In this document: positions 50,486 through 63,784 of the stretch, piece after piece
Layout of the letters: every line of letters begins with the position of its first letter
Position numbering within the stretch: the stretch's first letter is position 1
Assembly (NCBI RefSeq): GCF_004010195.1
Contig: NC_057711.1
Location: forward strand, 70,539,018-70,603,017
From: Chiloscyllium plagiosum
Lineage: Eukaryota
Length of the DNA stretch: 64,000 nucleotides
Reading direction: 5' to 3'
Notes under the pieces: model-generated
The model's input: only the letters and a program-made list of their open reading frames with translations
What the model was told of the DNA's origin: nothing
The model's database searches: none
Made by a program: the position numbers and the translations under genes

Positions 50486-51612
50486 AACCACTTTAATGAG
50501 ATGACTCAGTAAGCTTTTAGTTCTAAAAAAAAATTGCACTCCATTGTTTTAGATTTTATTTATTAACTCAATGAATAATAACTGTTTCCAGTACTTGGAA
50601 TGTATTATTTGATATATATTTGATCAAATTTCTGTTTTATATTTAGTTCTGTTTCACTTAATTCTATTTCTCCAAGGGCTTTTAGATGTTCTGTTGTTAT
50701 TTCATTAATGCTTGGAACTAGCCCTGCACTCATCAGATTCAAAACATTCTTTATGTCTGATATCATAATATTTTGCCCATCATTTGCATTGCTAGTTTGA
50801 AGACTTTCTTGATTTTGGTTATCACACATCTTCAAACATTTTATCACAGTTTGCATTTTATTTACTCAGTATTTCCTACTGTCCCTTTCTTTTTATCAAT
50901 TAGTTATCTGCTGGTCCTAACTAATTTTGGGATTCCGTTCCAATTCTAGTACTTCATCACATCGCATTATACCACTTCTTGTTAGCCTGCCTACATGCAT
51001 TCTTTGTAATGAAATTGAAAAGAAAATATTCTGGTGTGTGTGAAATAAAGTAGTTTTGATGTAATAGGCAAAGTGAACTTCAAGTTGAAATATAGATGCT
51101 GGGCCATTTTTGCATTGTGTCAGGACATTTATGTTCCTTCCCTTTTTTTGTTTCTCTCATGCACTTCAGTCTGTTTGTACACTTGCACTTCAATGGAGAC
51201 GTCCTAGTACTAAATCTGGGGAAATGTGAAAAATGTATGGAATTTCAGTTCTGTGAAAGTTGTTTAATCCGATGACATGTTTATATGCTCAGAATATTTA
51301 TGCTCTTTGAGGCATTCTCTGTTGCTGGAAATGCCTGATAATTGCAACCAATGTACGGCGAATCACGTCTTGCCACAGAAGCTCTCTAATAATAGAATCA
51401 AACTTTAAATATGTCATTTCAATGATGTGGGAAAACTCTTAAACTGAATCATTTGACAGAACTGCAGCAGTGTTTTAATTTGGATTGAATGGGGATGGGG
51501 GAATGTTGGGGATCACTTATCCTGAAGGCCCAACTGTTTATGAAAGTGGGACCAAAGTTGGTGAACTACATGTGTGCAGTTGTATGTGGCCTATTATGTA
51601 GAATTATCTTAT

Positions 51613-52480
51613 TGTCATGACAGCGGAGGAACCCTGAAGTACTAAGAACATATCACTTTCAAAACAGTATTTTTAAAAGAAAAATTAAGGTCATATAATC
51701 AAAAAAATGGCTTCAGATGTAAACTCAGTGGTGTCTGTGTGTGTCTGTGTGTGTGAATGCAAAAAACAGAGAGAGACTGCCAAACACTGGAATGTCGCAT
51801 CTGACATGCATCTTTGAGAGAGGAAGACACGTAAAATAAGAACTGGAGTTAAAAAGCAGTACAGTGGAAGTGTTCGTCTACAAGAGGGAGAGGATGTGCC
51901 AGTGAACTGACGTGCTCATTCATGCCACAGGGCTGAGTTACTCATGTATACTAGCCTGTGTTTGAGTGCTGTGAAAGCCAAGGTCACCCCTGTGTTGCAG
52001 GAAAAAGATTATCACACTGTAACTGCGAGAAGCCAGCAAGCTTGCAAGACCAATCAAAGGGGGAAACAGGACAAAAGGATCTCAACTCTTCTGAAAATCC
52101 AAGAATCTGGAAATTGACTGTTCAACACCATTCTTCAGAAATGACCCATCGAGACGGAACCATATAACTTGTATCTTCTACATTTTTTGGACTTGCTTCT
52201 CATTTCTTCTGTGTGTGTACCATTATCATTTCTTCTTACCTTTTAGTAATAAACTTGCTTTTGTTAACTCAAGGGAGCCTGAATAATTAGCTCCTCATAA
52301 AACAAATTCATTTTGTTTTGGAGAAAGAAAAGCACAAGGGAGGGAATTCTTTATTCACTGCGGTGCTAAATTTATGAAGAGGTGAAGCCAGTCTATATGT
52401 GTTTACCCAACCCCAACCTCCTCCTCAATGTATCTCATTAGTTAAACTGGGGATCTTTGCCCAGGGTCAGGCCTTAAAAT
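51613..52480 (+). mobile_element. Possible solo LTR
   Basis: Starts TGTCATGA and has an LTR-like layout with AATAAA at ~52248. Right end and TSD not resolved. Confidence 0.35.
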
Positions 52481-53391
52481 GGCTTAATAATCTTGTCATA
52501 AAAGTGTTAAGACCACCAGGTTTATGACAGCTATAGTCTGTCTTCACTCATTTGAATAATGCTTATTCCCACAATTTCTGTAGTATTGACCATGCCTGAT
52601 AATTACACTTGTATAGACCATGTGTGATAGGGAGAGTGTTACAGTATAGATGTTTTTCATTTGTGCTTACACTGTCTTACATTCAGTTGTGTGTTTGAGT
52701 CTCTGCTCTGCACCCTCTATGCATTTTTTTTGCTCTCTCACTCATATTCTCAATTTCTCTCATGGTTGCAATCTCTCTTGCTCATTCTGATGCATTATTT
52801 GTTCATTCCCACTTCCTCTTTTTCTTGCACTTTTTCATTCCTTGTTCATTATCTCTCTTGCTTATCATTGAATGGTTCCAAAACAGAAGGGAACAGTTGA
52901 TCTATGTATTTATGCTGGCTCGCTGTTGGAGCAAACAGCTAGTACCCTTCTGCCTTTCCTTTGTAATCCTGTAGATTTTCTCTTCCATTACTAATCCAAT
53001 TTTTTTTTTTGAAATCCAAAGCTGAACCTGCTTCCACATTCTGCGGCAGTGCATTCCAAATCTGAACTGTAAAAACATTTTCCCAAATAGCCTTTGGTTC
53101 TTTCATCATTCATCTCAAATTGGTATTCTCTGGTTCTTTATACTTCCAAAACAGGAACAGTTATTCCCAATGTATTCTGTCCTAACCTCAAAGATTCAAA
53201 TACCTCTATCAAATCTTTTCACAGTCTTCTTCAAGATGAGTAGCCCCACGTTTATCTATTTTACCTATGCAAATCAAGTCCCTCATCTCCCAGAAAGATT
53301 TTTCTTGAATCTTTACTTACCCTGCTACATTCACACTCTTCCTAAAAGTGTACTATCCAGAACTGGGTGCAGCACTCCAGTTGAAGCTGAA

Positions 53392-53750
53392 GAAATCCTT
53401 CTAGATGAACTAATCGCGCAAATTGATGTAAACAGGTATGATTCTTAGCCATTACAGAGAAATAGTTATAAGGCGATCAGAAATGGGAACTTAACATTTA
53501 GGGATATTTAACCTTTCAGAAACACGGGAGGGAAGGAAAAGGTGATAGGGGAACACTTTGATGAAATGAGGACAATTGTGAGATAGTCAAGACTCTGACA
53601 GTGTGTAGAGTCCATTTGGATGTGGTTAAGTAACGGGAATGAAAATAAGACATAGGTAGGAGTAGTATTCAGATCTCAAACAGGAAGCAGTGTTGGAAAG
53701 CATATAACTCAACAAATATTAGGAGCATGTAAAAACAATTAAGCAGTGAA
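53392..53750 (+). mobile_element. CR1 ORF2 endonuclease fragment
   Basis: DELIAQIDVNRYD..AITE motif. Homologous to 46195-46500. Confidence 0.7.
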
Positions 53751-54315
53751 TTGGGTATAGCAGTTGGGAGGTCACGTGCAGCTGTACAGGACATTGGTTC
53801 GGCCACTTTTGGAATTCTTCATGCAATTCTGGTCTTGCTGCTTTAGGAAGGATGTTGTGAAACTTGAAAGTTCAAAAATTATTTAGGATATTGCCAGGGT
53901 TGGAGGGTTTGAGCTGTTAGGGAGAGGTTGAATCGGCTGGGGTGGGGGCCCTCATAGATGTTTATGAAATCATGAGGGGCATGGATAGCATAAATAGCCA
54001 AAGTCTTTTCCCTGGGGTGGGGAAGTTCAAAACTAGAGGGCATAGGTTTAAGGTGAGGGGGAGAGATTTAAAAGGGGCCGAAGGGGCAACTTTTTCACAC
54101 AGAGGGTGGTGAATGTATAGAATGAGATGCCAGAGGAAGTGATGGGGACTGGTACAATTACAACATTTAAAAGGCATCTGGATGGGTATATGAATAGGAA
54201 AAGTTTGGTGTGATATGAGCCAAGTGCTGGCAAGTGGGACTAGATTAATTGAGGATATCTGGTTGGCATGGATGATTTGGACCAAACATTCTGTTTTCAT
54301 GCTGTACAACTCTAA
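53751..54315 (+). mobile_element. HER1/CR1 LINE 3' fragment
   Basis: Colinear with 4385-4991. Confidence 0.88.
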
Positions 54316-54999
54316 GTGCTTGCTTTATTAAGCTGCACTATAAATCCTGCCACTGTACTCTTTAGTTATCATATCCAGGATACTGAATAACTTAATACCT
54401 CTTTTTCAATTGCTGACCAATTTTAATGATTTTGTGTATATGTACCTCAAGTGACATAGCTCGAGATCCCTCTGCTCCTACATCTTCTTTAGAATTTTAC
54501 CCTTTGTTTTATATTGTCTGCACATTTCTCTGAAGTACGTTCCATCTGTTAACTGTCCACCATTTCACTAACCTGACTGTTGACTTCAAAGTTCTTAAAG
54601 TACAGTATTTCATTGACATCCACCATGTTATTTTATATTGGATTATCTTTTTCCTACTGTGCTGTGTGCTGTCCAGTCTCATCTCCCCTGTTTCATGAAT
54701 GTTTTTCGCTTTTGGGAGCTCTCTTTCACACCTTGATTGTGCCCTTGTGCTAGTTTTCTCACTTTTGTATGTGCTTCCTCTTTTGTGCTTGGATGCATTT
54801 ATACAACCATGTATTTTCTTATTTGTTTTTATGTACAATATCATGCTCTATCATCCAAATTCTTTGGATATTCTGTCTTGCGCTCTTCTTTCATTTTCCT
54901 GGTGGTGATCTGACAGGCTGGAGAAACTGCAGACGGCTACAAGACAAATTTGTTGTATCTGTATTGTTTCAGGTTCCAACTGTTTCCTCTTGCTCTGAA

Positions 55000-56175
55000 T
55001 GCCCTTCTGTCTGTTTACCCATGACCATTCCCATTGTGAGAATTGTTACCATGCTTTTCATTCTATTATCAACCTTATGTCTCACCTTATCTATATTTCT
55101 TCCTGCTGCTACCCTTTGCTTCTGCATTTCCTTACCCTTCCTGATAACACCTCTGTCCATCATCAGTTGCCTATCCAATTAGTTTTCACTCGGTATGGAA
55201 TTTCTCTGTTGTCCATCTGGGAATGGCTGACTTCACCTGCTCCATTCCTATCCAGTCATAGCTGGAGAATTACATGGAGTGGCTTCCCTCCTGTTCCCAA
55301 ATTATTACTTCTGGAGCCTCTACAAGGACCTATTCCTGACCCACTCTGCCATCTCATCTGCTTCTGCCCTGGTGACATTATTTAAAAGTGTACTGAGTAC
55401 CTCATGCCCACTCGCCCAGATCTGCCTTGCCACCACCACTCTGACAACTCACTGTCTGGTTTACCACACTGATTAGATATCTATTTGTAGGTCAGCAGAA
55501 ATTTACTTGATCCAAATGTTGGGGTGACTGAAACCAATGTCTTTAGTCGCTGCCACATAATCTGTCTCCCATCAACTCCATCCTTTTTACCTATTTACAG
55601 TCTGAGGCTGAAGTACACAAGACCCTCTTGGTTTATTTGATTCTGAAGTAAGATTTCAATCATCTTTGTAGCATAACCCCACCTTGCTTCACCTTATCTG
55701 TTTCAATCCATGCTAAACCTTGCCTTTTCTACCTCTTAGATTTAACTATTCCAATGTTTTCCTGCCTGATCTCCCATCTAACATCCTCCAAAAACTGAAC
55801 CCATCCAAATTGTTCTGCCCTTATCCCAACACATCAAATCTTCTGTACCAATCTCAACTGCGCTCATGGGTCTAATTGTTTCCCAGTCCAGCTTCTCATT
55901 CTCCTTTCCAAATAACTACATGATTCCATTCTCCCAGTCCTTCTAACTCTGCAACCCCTGGAATATCTATGGCATGCCTGTTGATTTTAATTTGGTAGCT
56001 GTATCTTCAGTTGCTAATACATTAAGGCTGAAATTCTAAATCTCTCCCTACCCCTCTCCTTCTTTCAGATGCTCTTAGTCTGCCTTTTGGTGAAGCTTTT
56101 GTTCACTGGCGTTAATGTCTCCTTCTTAAGGCTGGGTATTAAATTACAAGTGCTATATAATTACAAGCTGTTGCT
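55000..56175 (+). mobile_element. Very old L2-type LINE 3' region
   Basis: Pyrimidine-rich L2-like body ending gtgctatataattacaagctgttg. An inverse-oriented relative is at 63785-64000. Confidence 0.5.
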
Positions 56176-57771
56176 TCATCGGTTTTAAGGTGGGAAGCAG
56201 GGCAGGGCCTGATCAGAACGGTTATGAAACAACTCAGTTTGCTTTTGCTGAGATTGCTGGCAGTCACAGTTTCAAAGGCATTAGTGGTTGATAATCCTGT
56301 TTAGTCTGTTACTGTCCTATTTTTATGGAAATTGATTTCATAAGATTGAGTGGTTGCTTGTCATTTTGGTTATAGAATGTGCCAAATGGAACATTCAGAA
56401 AATAGAAAATAATCAGCCAATTAGTAAACAGAAGAATAATCCTATGGATGTGACCAATCAAAGAAGAAAATTAAACAACACGCAAATACAATAAAAAATT
56501 AAATCAAGCAGATTGGAGCTAAAGCAAGGACATCAATAAACACAAGAAACATTACTTCCATAATGACATATCAATACAGTCTTTTATAACAGTTCACATA
56601 CTATGTACAGTAATAGAACCATGTTAGTAACTGCAGTTTCTAACTAAAATAAAACAAAACAAAAAACGCCTGTGATTATACGCATAAATGTCTTTACTAG
56701 TTGATGAAAATGCAATGTTCTTTTCATCTGCTGATCATGGAATAAATCTCTCATTGTTGTGGCAAACCAAGTAATTGTAACCACCTTGTTATTTGCTGGT
56801 TGTGATGTTCTAGTCACAGGAATACATTTGTGGGCAAGGAACTGCCACATGACTAATTTCAGCAGGCTCTCATCTGAACCTGACTTTAGCTGGACAAATA
56901 ATCTATGATTTTAGAGTTTCTTTGGAATTGTCCCATTCTAGTCAGGGTCATGTTTCCTGACCTTGAATATGGCCAAGGTCATGTTCTTTCAATGGCTGAC
57001 ATTTATTTTCTGAAAAACAACATTCATCCTCTCGAGGCTGCTTTGCCATTCAGTTGTATTGTGATTGCTTTGTACCTCAGGAGTCTATTACCACCATAGA
57101 TTATCATTCCTCAATACCATCAATGATCAAAAATCTATGGATCATAGATTTAATCTTTAATTGCCCCAGCTAAGTGTTTCTCCACCTTGGCAGGGAATTT
57201 CAGATTTCTACCATACTTCTTCGGTTTTTGTTGGGGGAAGGGGAGATGTTTCCTGAATTTCACCTAATTAGCTCTGTCTCCTCAGAATAAATAGTCACTT
57301 CAAACTTACATGTTCTGCAGAACACAATCCAAGTTTTTGCAATGAGAATTTTACTCCATAAGCTTTGGTATTAGTCTTGTGAATCTGGTCTGCGTACTCT
57401 TGAGTGGGTTCACCTGGGGCAGTCAGACAGGGCCTAATGAGGGAGGGGTAGCTTGATTGGAGGCTAGAGATGACACTTGGGCAGTGTGGCAGCAGGGCAA
57501 GAGTGTTTCATCAGTTCCACATGTGGGCAGGGCTGGTTGTGACTAACAAGGAAGTATGTGAGAGAATTATCAGTCTATGTGGAATAGTAAGGGAGGATCC
57601 TGCAAACAAACAGACTGAAAATGCCAGAGTATTCTTGGAGTTCTTAGAATTTTGTAACATTGTGCAAGTATGAAAGTGGAGTTGTTATGAGGGTAAGTAA
57701 AGTGCAAGGAATTTGGTTTTAACAGAAGCAGCCTATCTTTAAGTAAGGCTTCAATAAACCTTACTAGACAT

Positions 57772-58307
57772 CTGGAATAGAGTGGTACTGGAAAACATTT
57801 CAACTCCCCCTCCCACTCAGCCGAGGACATGGAGGTCCTGGGCCTCCTTCACCGCCGATCCCTCACCACCCGACGCCTGGAGGAAGAACGCCTCATCTTC
57901 CGCCTCGTAACACTTCAACCCCAGGGCATCAATGTGGACTTCAACAGTTTCCTCATTTCCCCTTCCCCCACCTCACCCCAGTTCCAAGGTTCCAGCTCAG
58001 CACCGTCCCCATGACCTGCCCTACCGGCCTATCTTCTTTTCCACCTATCCACTCCACCCACCTGTCTGACCTATCACCTTCATCCCCACCCCCATCCACC
58101 CATTGTACTCTATGCTACTTCCCACCCCCACCCTCCTATCATTTATCTCTCCTCCCTTCAGGCACTCTGCCTGTATTCCTCATGAAGGGCTTTTGCTTGA
58201 AACGTTGATTTTCCTGCTCCTCGGATGCTGCCTGAAGTGCTGTCCTTTTCCAGCACCACTCCACTCCAGAATCTGGTTTCCAGCATTTGCAGTCATTGTT
58301 TTTACCT
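57772..58307 (+). mobile_element. Penelope-like (Neptune-type) 3' portion with short inverted 5' cap
   Basis: MEVLGLLHRRSLTTRRLEEERLIFRLVTLQPQGINVDF. Pseudo-LTR with tail ending ttgtttttacc, inverted ctggaatagagtggtactggaaaa at the left end, imperfect TSD ..tagacat. Confidence 0.85.
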
Positions 58308-58344
58308 AATAAATAGACATTTACCCTTCTATCTTTACTTAATG

Positions 58345-59230
58345 TGTTAATATATTGTGTGGGAGTTTGTGGATAGGACGATTATCCTGAATTTCCATAC
58401 CTGCCGGCATTGTCTCTGCGTTTGGTTGCTCTGGCTCAGAGTTATTGAGCTGGAGCATAATTTAGATGCACTCCAACAGAGAGCAAGAGGAGGAATCTTT
58501 CAATATGTTATCCAAAATAGTCACTCCCAAAAGGAAATTCCAACTTCAGGAAAAGGAAGTGGATGATTATCAGGGAGCTAAGTATCTTGCATATGGGACA
58601 GATTGAGAAGGGGGCCCCTTCAACATTGCCATATCCAATACAGACAAGGTAGCTGACTTCTGTACCTGTGAGGACAAGGACTAAGATCATGGGGAGGACA
58701 GTAACACCAAAGATCAAGGTTACAAAGCTCACAAGAATGTCAAAGGGTAGATAAAGTTCAGAAGTAGAAGTGTGCTCATCACAGGGAATTCTGTATTTAG
58801 AAGCACTAATTTGTATTCTCTGCAACCACAAATGAGAATCCTGAAGGATGTGATGTTCACCTGGTAGGCAACGAAAGTTTCCAGGCAGCTGGAAGAGGGA
58901 CTTGTAAAAGGAAGTCCATGTTTGAACAAATGATATCGGTCAGAACAGAGATTAGGAGGTTTATGAAACTAAATTTATAAGTGTAATCTTGAAGGTATTA
59001 ATCGTTGGTCAAGTTTTGTCTAAGGCGTGCATGAATTGGCACAAAGACAAGATGAAATGGATCAAAAATGTTCATGTGTGTCTCAAAGATTGATGTGGAA
59101 GAGAGAGCTTTCTTTTCAGGGGACACTGGGGTGGGACAGGAACTGTACCACTGGCATGGTCTCCACTTGAACTGGAATGCCTCCAGTGTCCTCGATGGAA
59201 CTGGTAATTGAGTAGAATACACAACTTTAA
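58345..59230 (+). mobile_element. Decayed CR1 ORF1 (zinc-finger/zipper and esterase)
   Basis: WEFVD..HTCRHC..LRVIELEHNLDAL, then HGLHLNW (~59155). Parallels 44753-45600. Confidence 0.6.
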
Positions 59231-60014
59231 ATGAGTGAAACTGGGGTGGTGTGTTGCACAGAGGAATCTACAATTGGGGAAATTTGGAAAAAAAAGTTCA
59301 TTGGTGATATTAGTCATCTAGCTGAGGTCAGTAAAGGAAAGAAGATGCTACCGAATCTGGTAATGGTGTGTGAATCAGAGCAGATAAGAGAAGTCAAAAG
59401 TTGGGGAACATCTGGCCAATATAAAATGACCATAATATAAAATGGTTTAAGATAGCAATTGAGAGAATAATAAACGTGACAAAAACACTGAGGAAAAATG
59501 CTCGTGGGACTGAATTTGGGAACTAAAATGGACTGTTTTTTTCAAACAATGATGTAGAACAGCATTGTGAAACATTTAACACTTTTTAACAGTGTCTAGG
59601 AAAAAAATATTCTGTTAACAAACAAGAACAAGCTCGACACAAGTGTGATACTGTTGAATAAAAACTAGAGTGAAAACTAAGGGTGAGGAAAAAGATATAT
59701 ATTGAATTCGTGGACAGCCAGCAAGAACACGATGAATGACAATGAGAATAGTTCGGAAGAGAAATAAAACCCATTAGGAAGGTAAAAATAAACTAAATAA
59801 ACTGGTTTAAGGATTATTAAAGTAGTAACTATTCCACTCATGCAAATAAAATGGAAGTTGGTATAGGAATAAGGTTCCAAGGTGTTGACAGGCAGGAAGA
59901 GTGAAATAGCAGGGATATTAAGTAAAACAAGAATTACGGATGCTGGAAATCTGAAACAAAAACCGAAATTGCTGGTGAATCCCAGCAAGACTGGTAGCAA
60001 CTAGCAACATTGGG

Positions 60015-60483
60015 CCAGCACTGGGCAACATTGGGTTCAATTCCACTGTCGGGCAACTGTGTGGAGTTTGCACATTCTCCCTGTATTTGCGTGGATTTAC
60101 GAAGATGTGCAGGTTAGGTGGATTGGCCATGATAAATTGGAGAAAGTAAGGACTGCAGATGTTGGAAATCTGACTTGATAAAAAGTGGAGCTGGAAAGGC
60201 ACAGCAGGCCAGGCAGCATTGGAGGAGCAAGAAAGTTGACGTTTCAGGATGAAGAGTTCCAAACCAAAACATTGATTTTTCTGATGTGCCTTTCCAGCTC
60301 CACTTTTTATCGACTCCAACCATGCTGAATTACCCATAGTGTCGCCCGATGTGTAGACTAGGTGGATTAGCTATGGGAAATGCAGGGTTTCATGGATAGG
60401 GCAGGGGGGTAAGCCTGGGTAGTATGCTTTTCGGAGAGTCAATGTGGATTTGTTGGGCCCACACTGTAGGGATTCTATTCTAT
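60015..60483 (+). mobile_element. HE1-type V-SINE with nested Penelope-like inverted terminal insertion (~60139-60320)
   Basis: B-box gggttcaattcc, V-core and tail cacactgtagggattctattcta. The insert is flanked by ccatgataaatt / ccatgctgaatt. Confidence 0.8.
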
Positions 60484-63400
60484 AAATGCAGCAGAACAGC
60501 TAATTGGCTACAAAGTCAGAAAGTAAAGTGGGGGAGGTTGGAAGCTATTCAGAGTGATGGGTAAGAATTGGGTTCCCACAGGATCATTATTGTCATCATG
60601 GGTAGTCATACTGTTTTAAGGGGCTGAGTTTGCTTATAAACCAGTAATAGGGTAACACTTTGTGGTCAGCAGCCAGGAGCGACCCAAGTTTCAACATGCT
60701 CATGTAAAGGTATGCATCTTTGTTACTTTGAAACCCCAAATACTGTGCTTCTGCAATTTCTCAGACTTTCAAGTAAACCAACTCTAGTGTTTAACAGTCC
60801 TATATGATATTGGTGACTGTGTTTAAGGCACTCCTGTTCTAATCACTCTGTCTTTGGCATGCCGCAGTGCCTCATCTTCAATATATCTTTGTTTACCAGT
60901 GCTGTGTTCATTTCTCTTGGAATTGCACGTTTGAATTTTGAACGCTGTATTCTCAATTTGCAAATGTCATCTAATGGTAAACTGAAACCTTTTGTGGATT
61001 TGTATTGAGCCTTTCTGAAGATGGTTTTTAGGTTGCGTTTTATGTAGAAAAAATTTTTTACAAAGTGTTCGATCATTCCAAGTGCAAAAAAGTGCAAACA
61101 TTCCAAGTGCAACCATTTTATCCAAGAAGTATCATTGTTATTTTCTAAAAAGATTATGAATGATTACAAAATGTTGAATATATACCAGAAAATTGAACAT
61201 GGTTGTTTCTGTACGAAATGTTTTTGTGGTCCTCGGAAATCATAAGAAAGGAGCACACTATCTGATACATCAGTGTAAGAACACAACTTTGCATGAAATT
61301 CTAAAAATACATTTTTTGATAAAATGGTCTTGTCTTCGACCATAGCTGTAGAGTTTAGAGATAAGTTTGATCAGAGTAGTGAAGGGAAAACAGAAGACGA
61401 ACATCAAACTTTTTTTGAACATTAAGAGATCAACAGATGGAATGGATTAATAAGAATAGTTGAAGTCAGGACACTGTGCTAAGTTCTTATCTATACTTGT
61501 GTATAGATCTGAAGGAGAAGATATCTTCTGGAATGCTATGGACTGTAGTTTCTTTTTCATGTGATCTGATGTCAGGGATAGATCTCTTGAAGCACCTGTT
61601 CAGTTTAGCTACGTTTTTTGCACTACAGAAATCCAGTCTAATTTGAGAAATGTCTAGATTCGGTAGCATAAGATCAGTTGGATTTGAAGATCTCTGTTTG
61701 TCCAAACTTACTTGATACTGCAGCATATACAGGAAAGTTCTAAAGTTCACTGCCTGGTCTCTGCTGAGTTGACAGGAAAGCTGTTTGGTACTTAAAGCAG
61801 TATTGCCCTACAGAGGATTCTATTCTCCATACCCCAAACACCCCCACTATCACTGTCTGAATCATCTCGAATTTTATCCTGAGATAAAATTTCTGTCAAA
61901 CTGCTTGTCTGCATGTTTGACCCATTGCTTGCCTCTGCCCTAGCCCCTACATTGCAGAAATTCTGTGCTGTCATTGTCTGATGACTCCAACTCCAAGCTG
62001 TGTCCAGTGCTGATAGATATTTTTCAATCAGCCTATCCAGAGATTATATTACAAATCTCTGGAGCAGGTAGAAACTTGTCCAAACAACTTTTTGTGCATG
62101 CTGTTCTGCTTGCTATCTCTATTCTTACTGATTGGGGCCATGGATCAATATCAAAAACATTGGAAGTTTGTATTTAAATCTCTCCATGCCTTCACCAAAT
62201 TCTGTCTCTTTAATCTTTTCCAGACCCAAAGTCCTCTCTCAAAAGCTGCCTTCTAACATTAAGGTTGCTGTCTGAGCCCTCTCTTCACCTACCCTCTGAA
62301 ATGGAGCTTGGAGCTCTGCTTCGGTTGTGTCTGTGGAATTACATTCTTAAACCTTTCAGCCTCTGTGTCTACCTTTTGTAATTAGAAAGCATTCTCAAAA
62401 CTCTCCCCTAGAACAAACGTTTCACTGAATCCTCTTAACCCTTCTTTCAGAATCAGAGCCTTGGAATTTTACACCACAGAAACAAGGCAGTCAGGTAATT
62501 GTACCAGTACCAGCTCTGTGAAAAAGGTTTTCACTTGATCCCATTTAATTTCCATTACACTTTATTTTACTTTATTGAATTTTTGATAATTTGGTCTTGT
62601 ATGCGCTCATCAAGCAGGTATTTTCAAGATATTTCCAAAGGAGACTTTTTCACTATGGCTGTCAGGTTTGGTTTTCCATGTATCCATTTCCTTGTGTATT
62701 TTAGCTGTTACTGTAAACCCAGGTTGATCACACCTATCTTATCCTCTTTCTCGGTCTATAATGGATCCTTAATGTTGTCATGCCTCTACTCCTTTGACCT
62801 TATTTTGATATTTCCCCCAACACTTATCAATTTCTTTGATGAAGCTTTTGGCCACCCGTTCTCTCAGATCTGCTTGTCTGGCTCGATGTTAATTTTGTTC
62901 ATGTTGATTGTTTGATATTGGCCCTGTGAAGTGCTGTTGGCACGTTATGCTGCATTTAAAAATGCCATCGAAATGTAAGTACCTGTAGTATTACTTCTGC
63001 ATTCAGATATTGTCTAATAATGTTAGTGAGATGGAGAATTTGGCTTGTGAGAACTGTAGATTTAAACTCACTTCCGGTAATTCATGGTATGCAGACTTCG
63101 TGTGCTAAAGCATTGACACAGGAAGAAATGCCATTCAAGTTCAGCTTTTGTGAATAAGACAGAACAGTTGTTAGCTCATATTCTCCGATGGGGAATGGCA
63201 ATCACTGTGTGTATTTTGGAGTATTTTGCTTTTGTATGACTGTGGATAATATGATTACTGTGCAGTCTCTCCTGCTGAAGTCATGTCATGAGTATTTTTA
63301 CATTCATAATGAGACTGTGATCTCAATAACGCTGAAACACATGCCAATGTTAAAGGGAGGAAGTGAAGCATGATTCCGAACTGCTGTTTGTGGCTGCCGA

Positions 63401-63784
63401 GTTAAATGACAATTTTAGAATGTGTGGTGTTGAATGTCTTTTGCATCACCTGTTTGATTTGCTTGGGATGGGACATGATGTTGCAGGAAGTTAAATCCTC
63501 ACCCTGTTTATTTTAAAGTGATGGTCATTACCCCATAAATAACTGTTATTCCATAATCTCAATATTTCCTGTCCACTTCCTTGTTTTCTCTGGATTGAAT
63601 TTCATTGTTGCCCTGTATCCATGGCCTCAGTAACAGCAGTAAAATTCAGGATGCGGGATGTGTTGGAGAGAGACAGGATTCCAGGAGTGACCTTGTTTGA
63701 ATGAATGTGGTGGGAACACTTGAAAAATCAATTTAACATTTATTTTTGTGTGTTTTGGTAACTACGCCAAATGTTGTGAATTTA

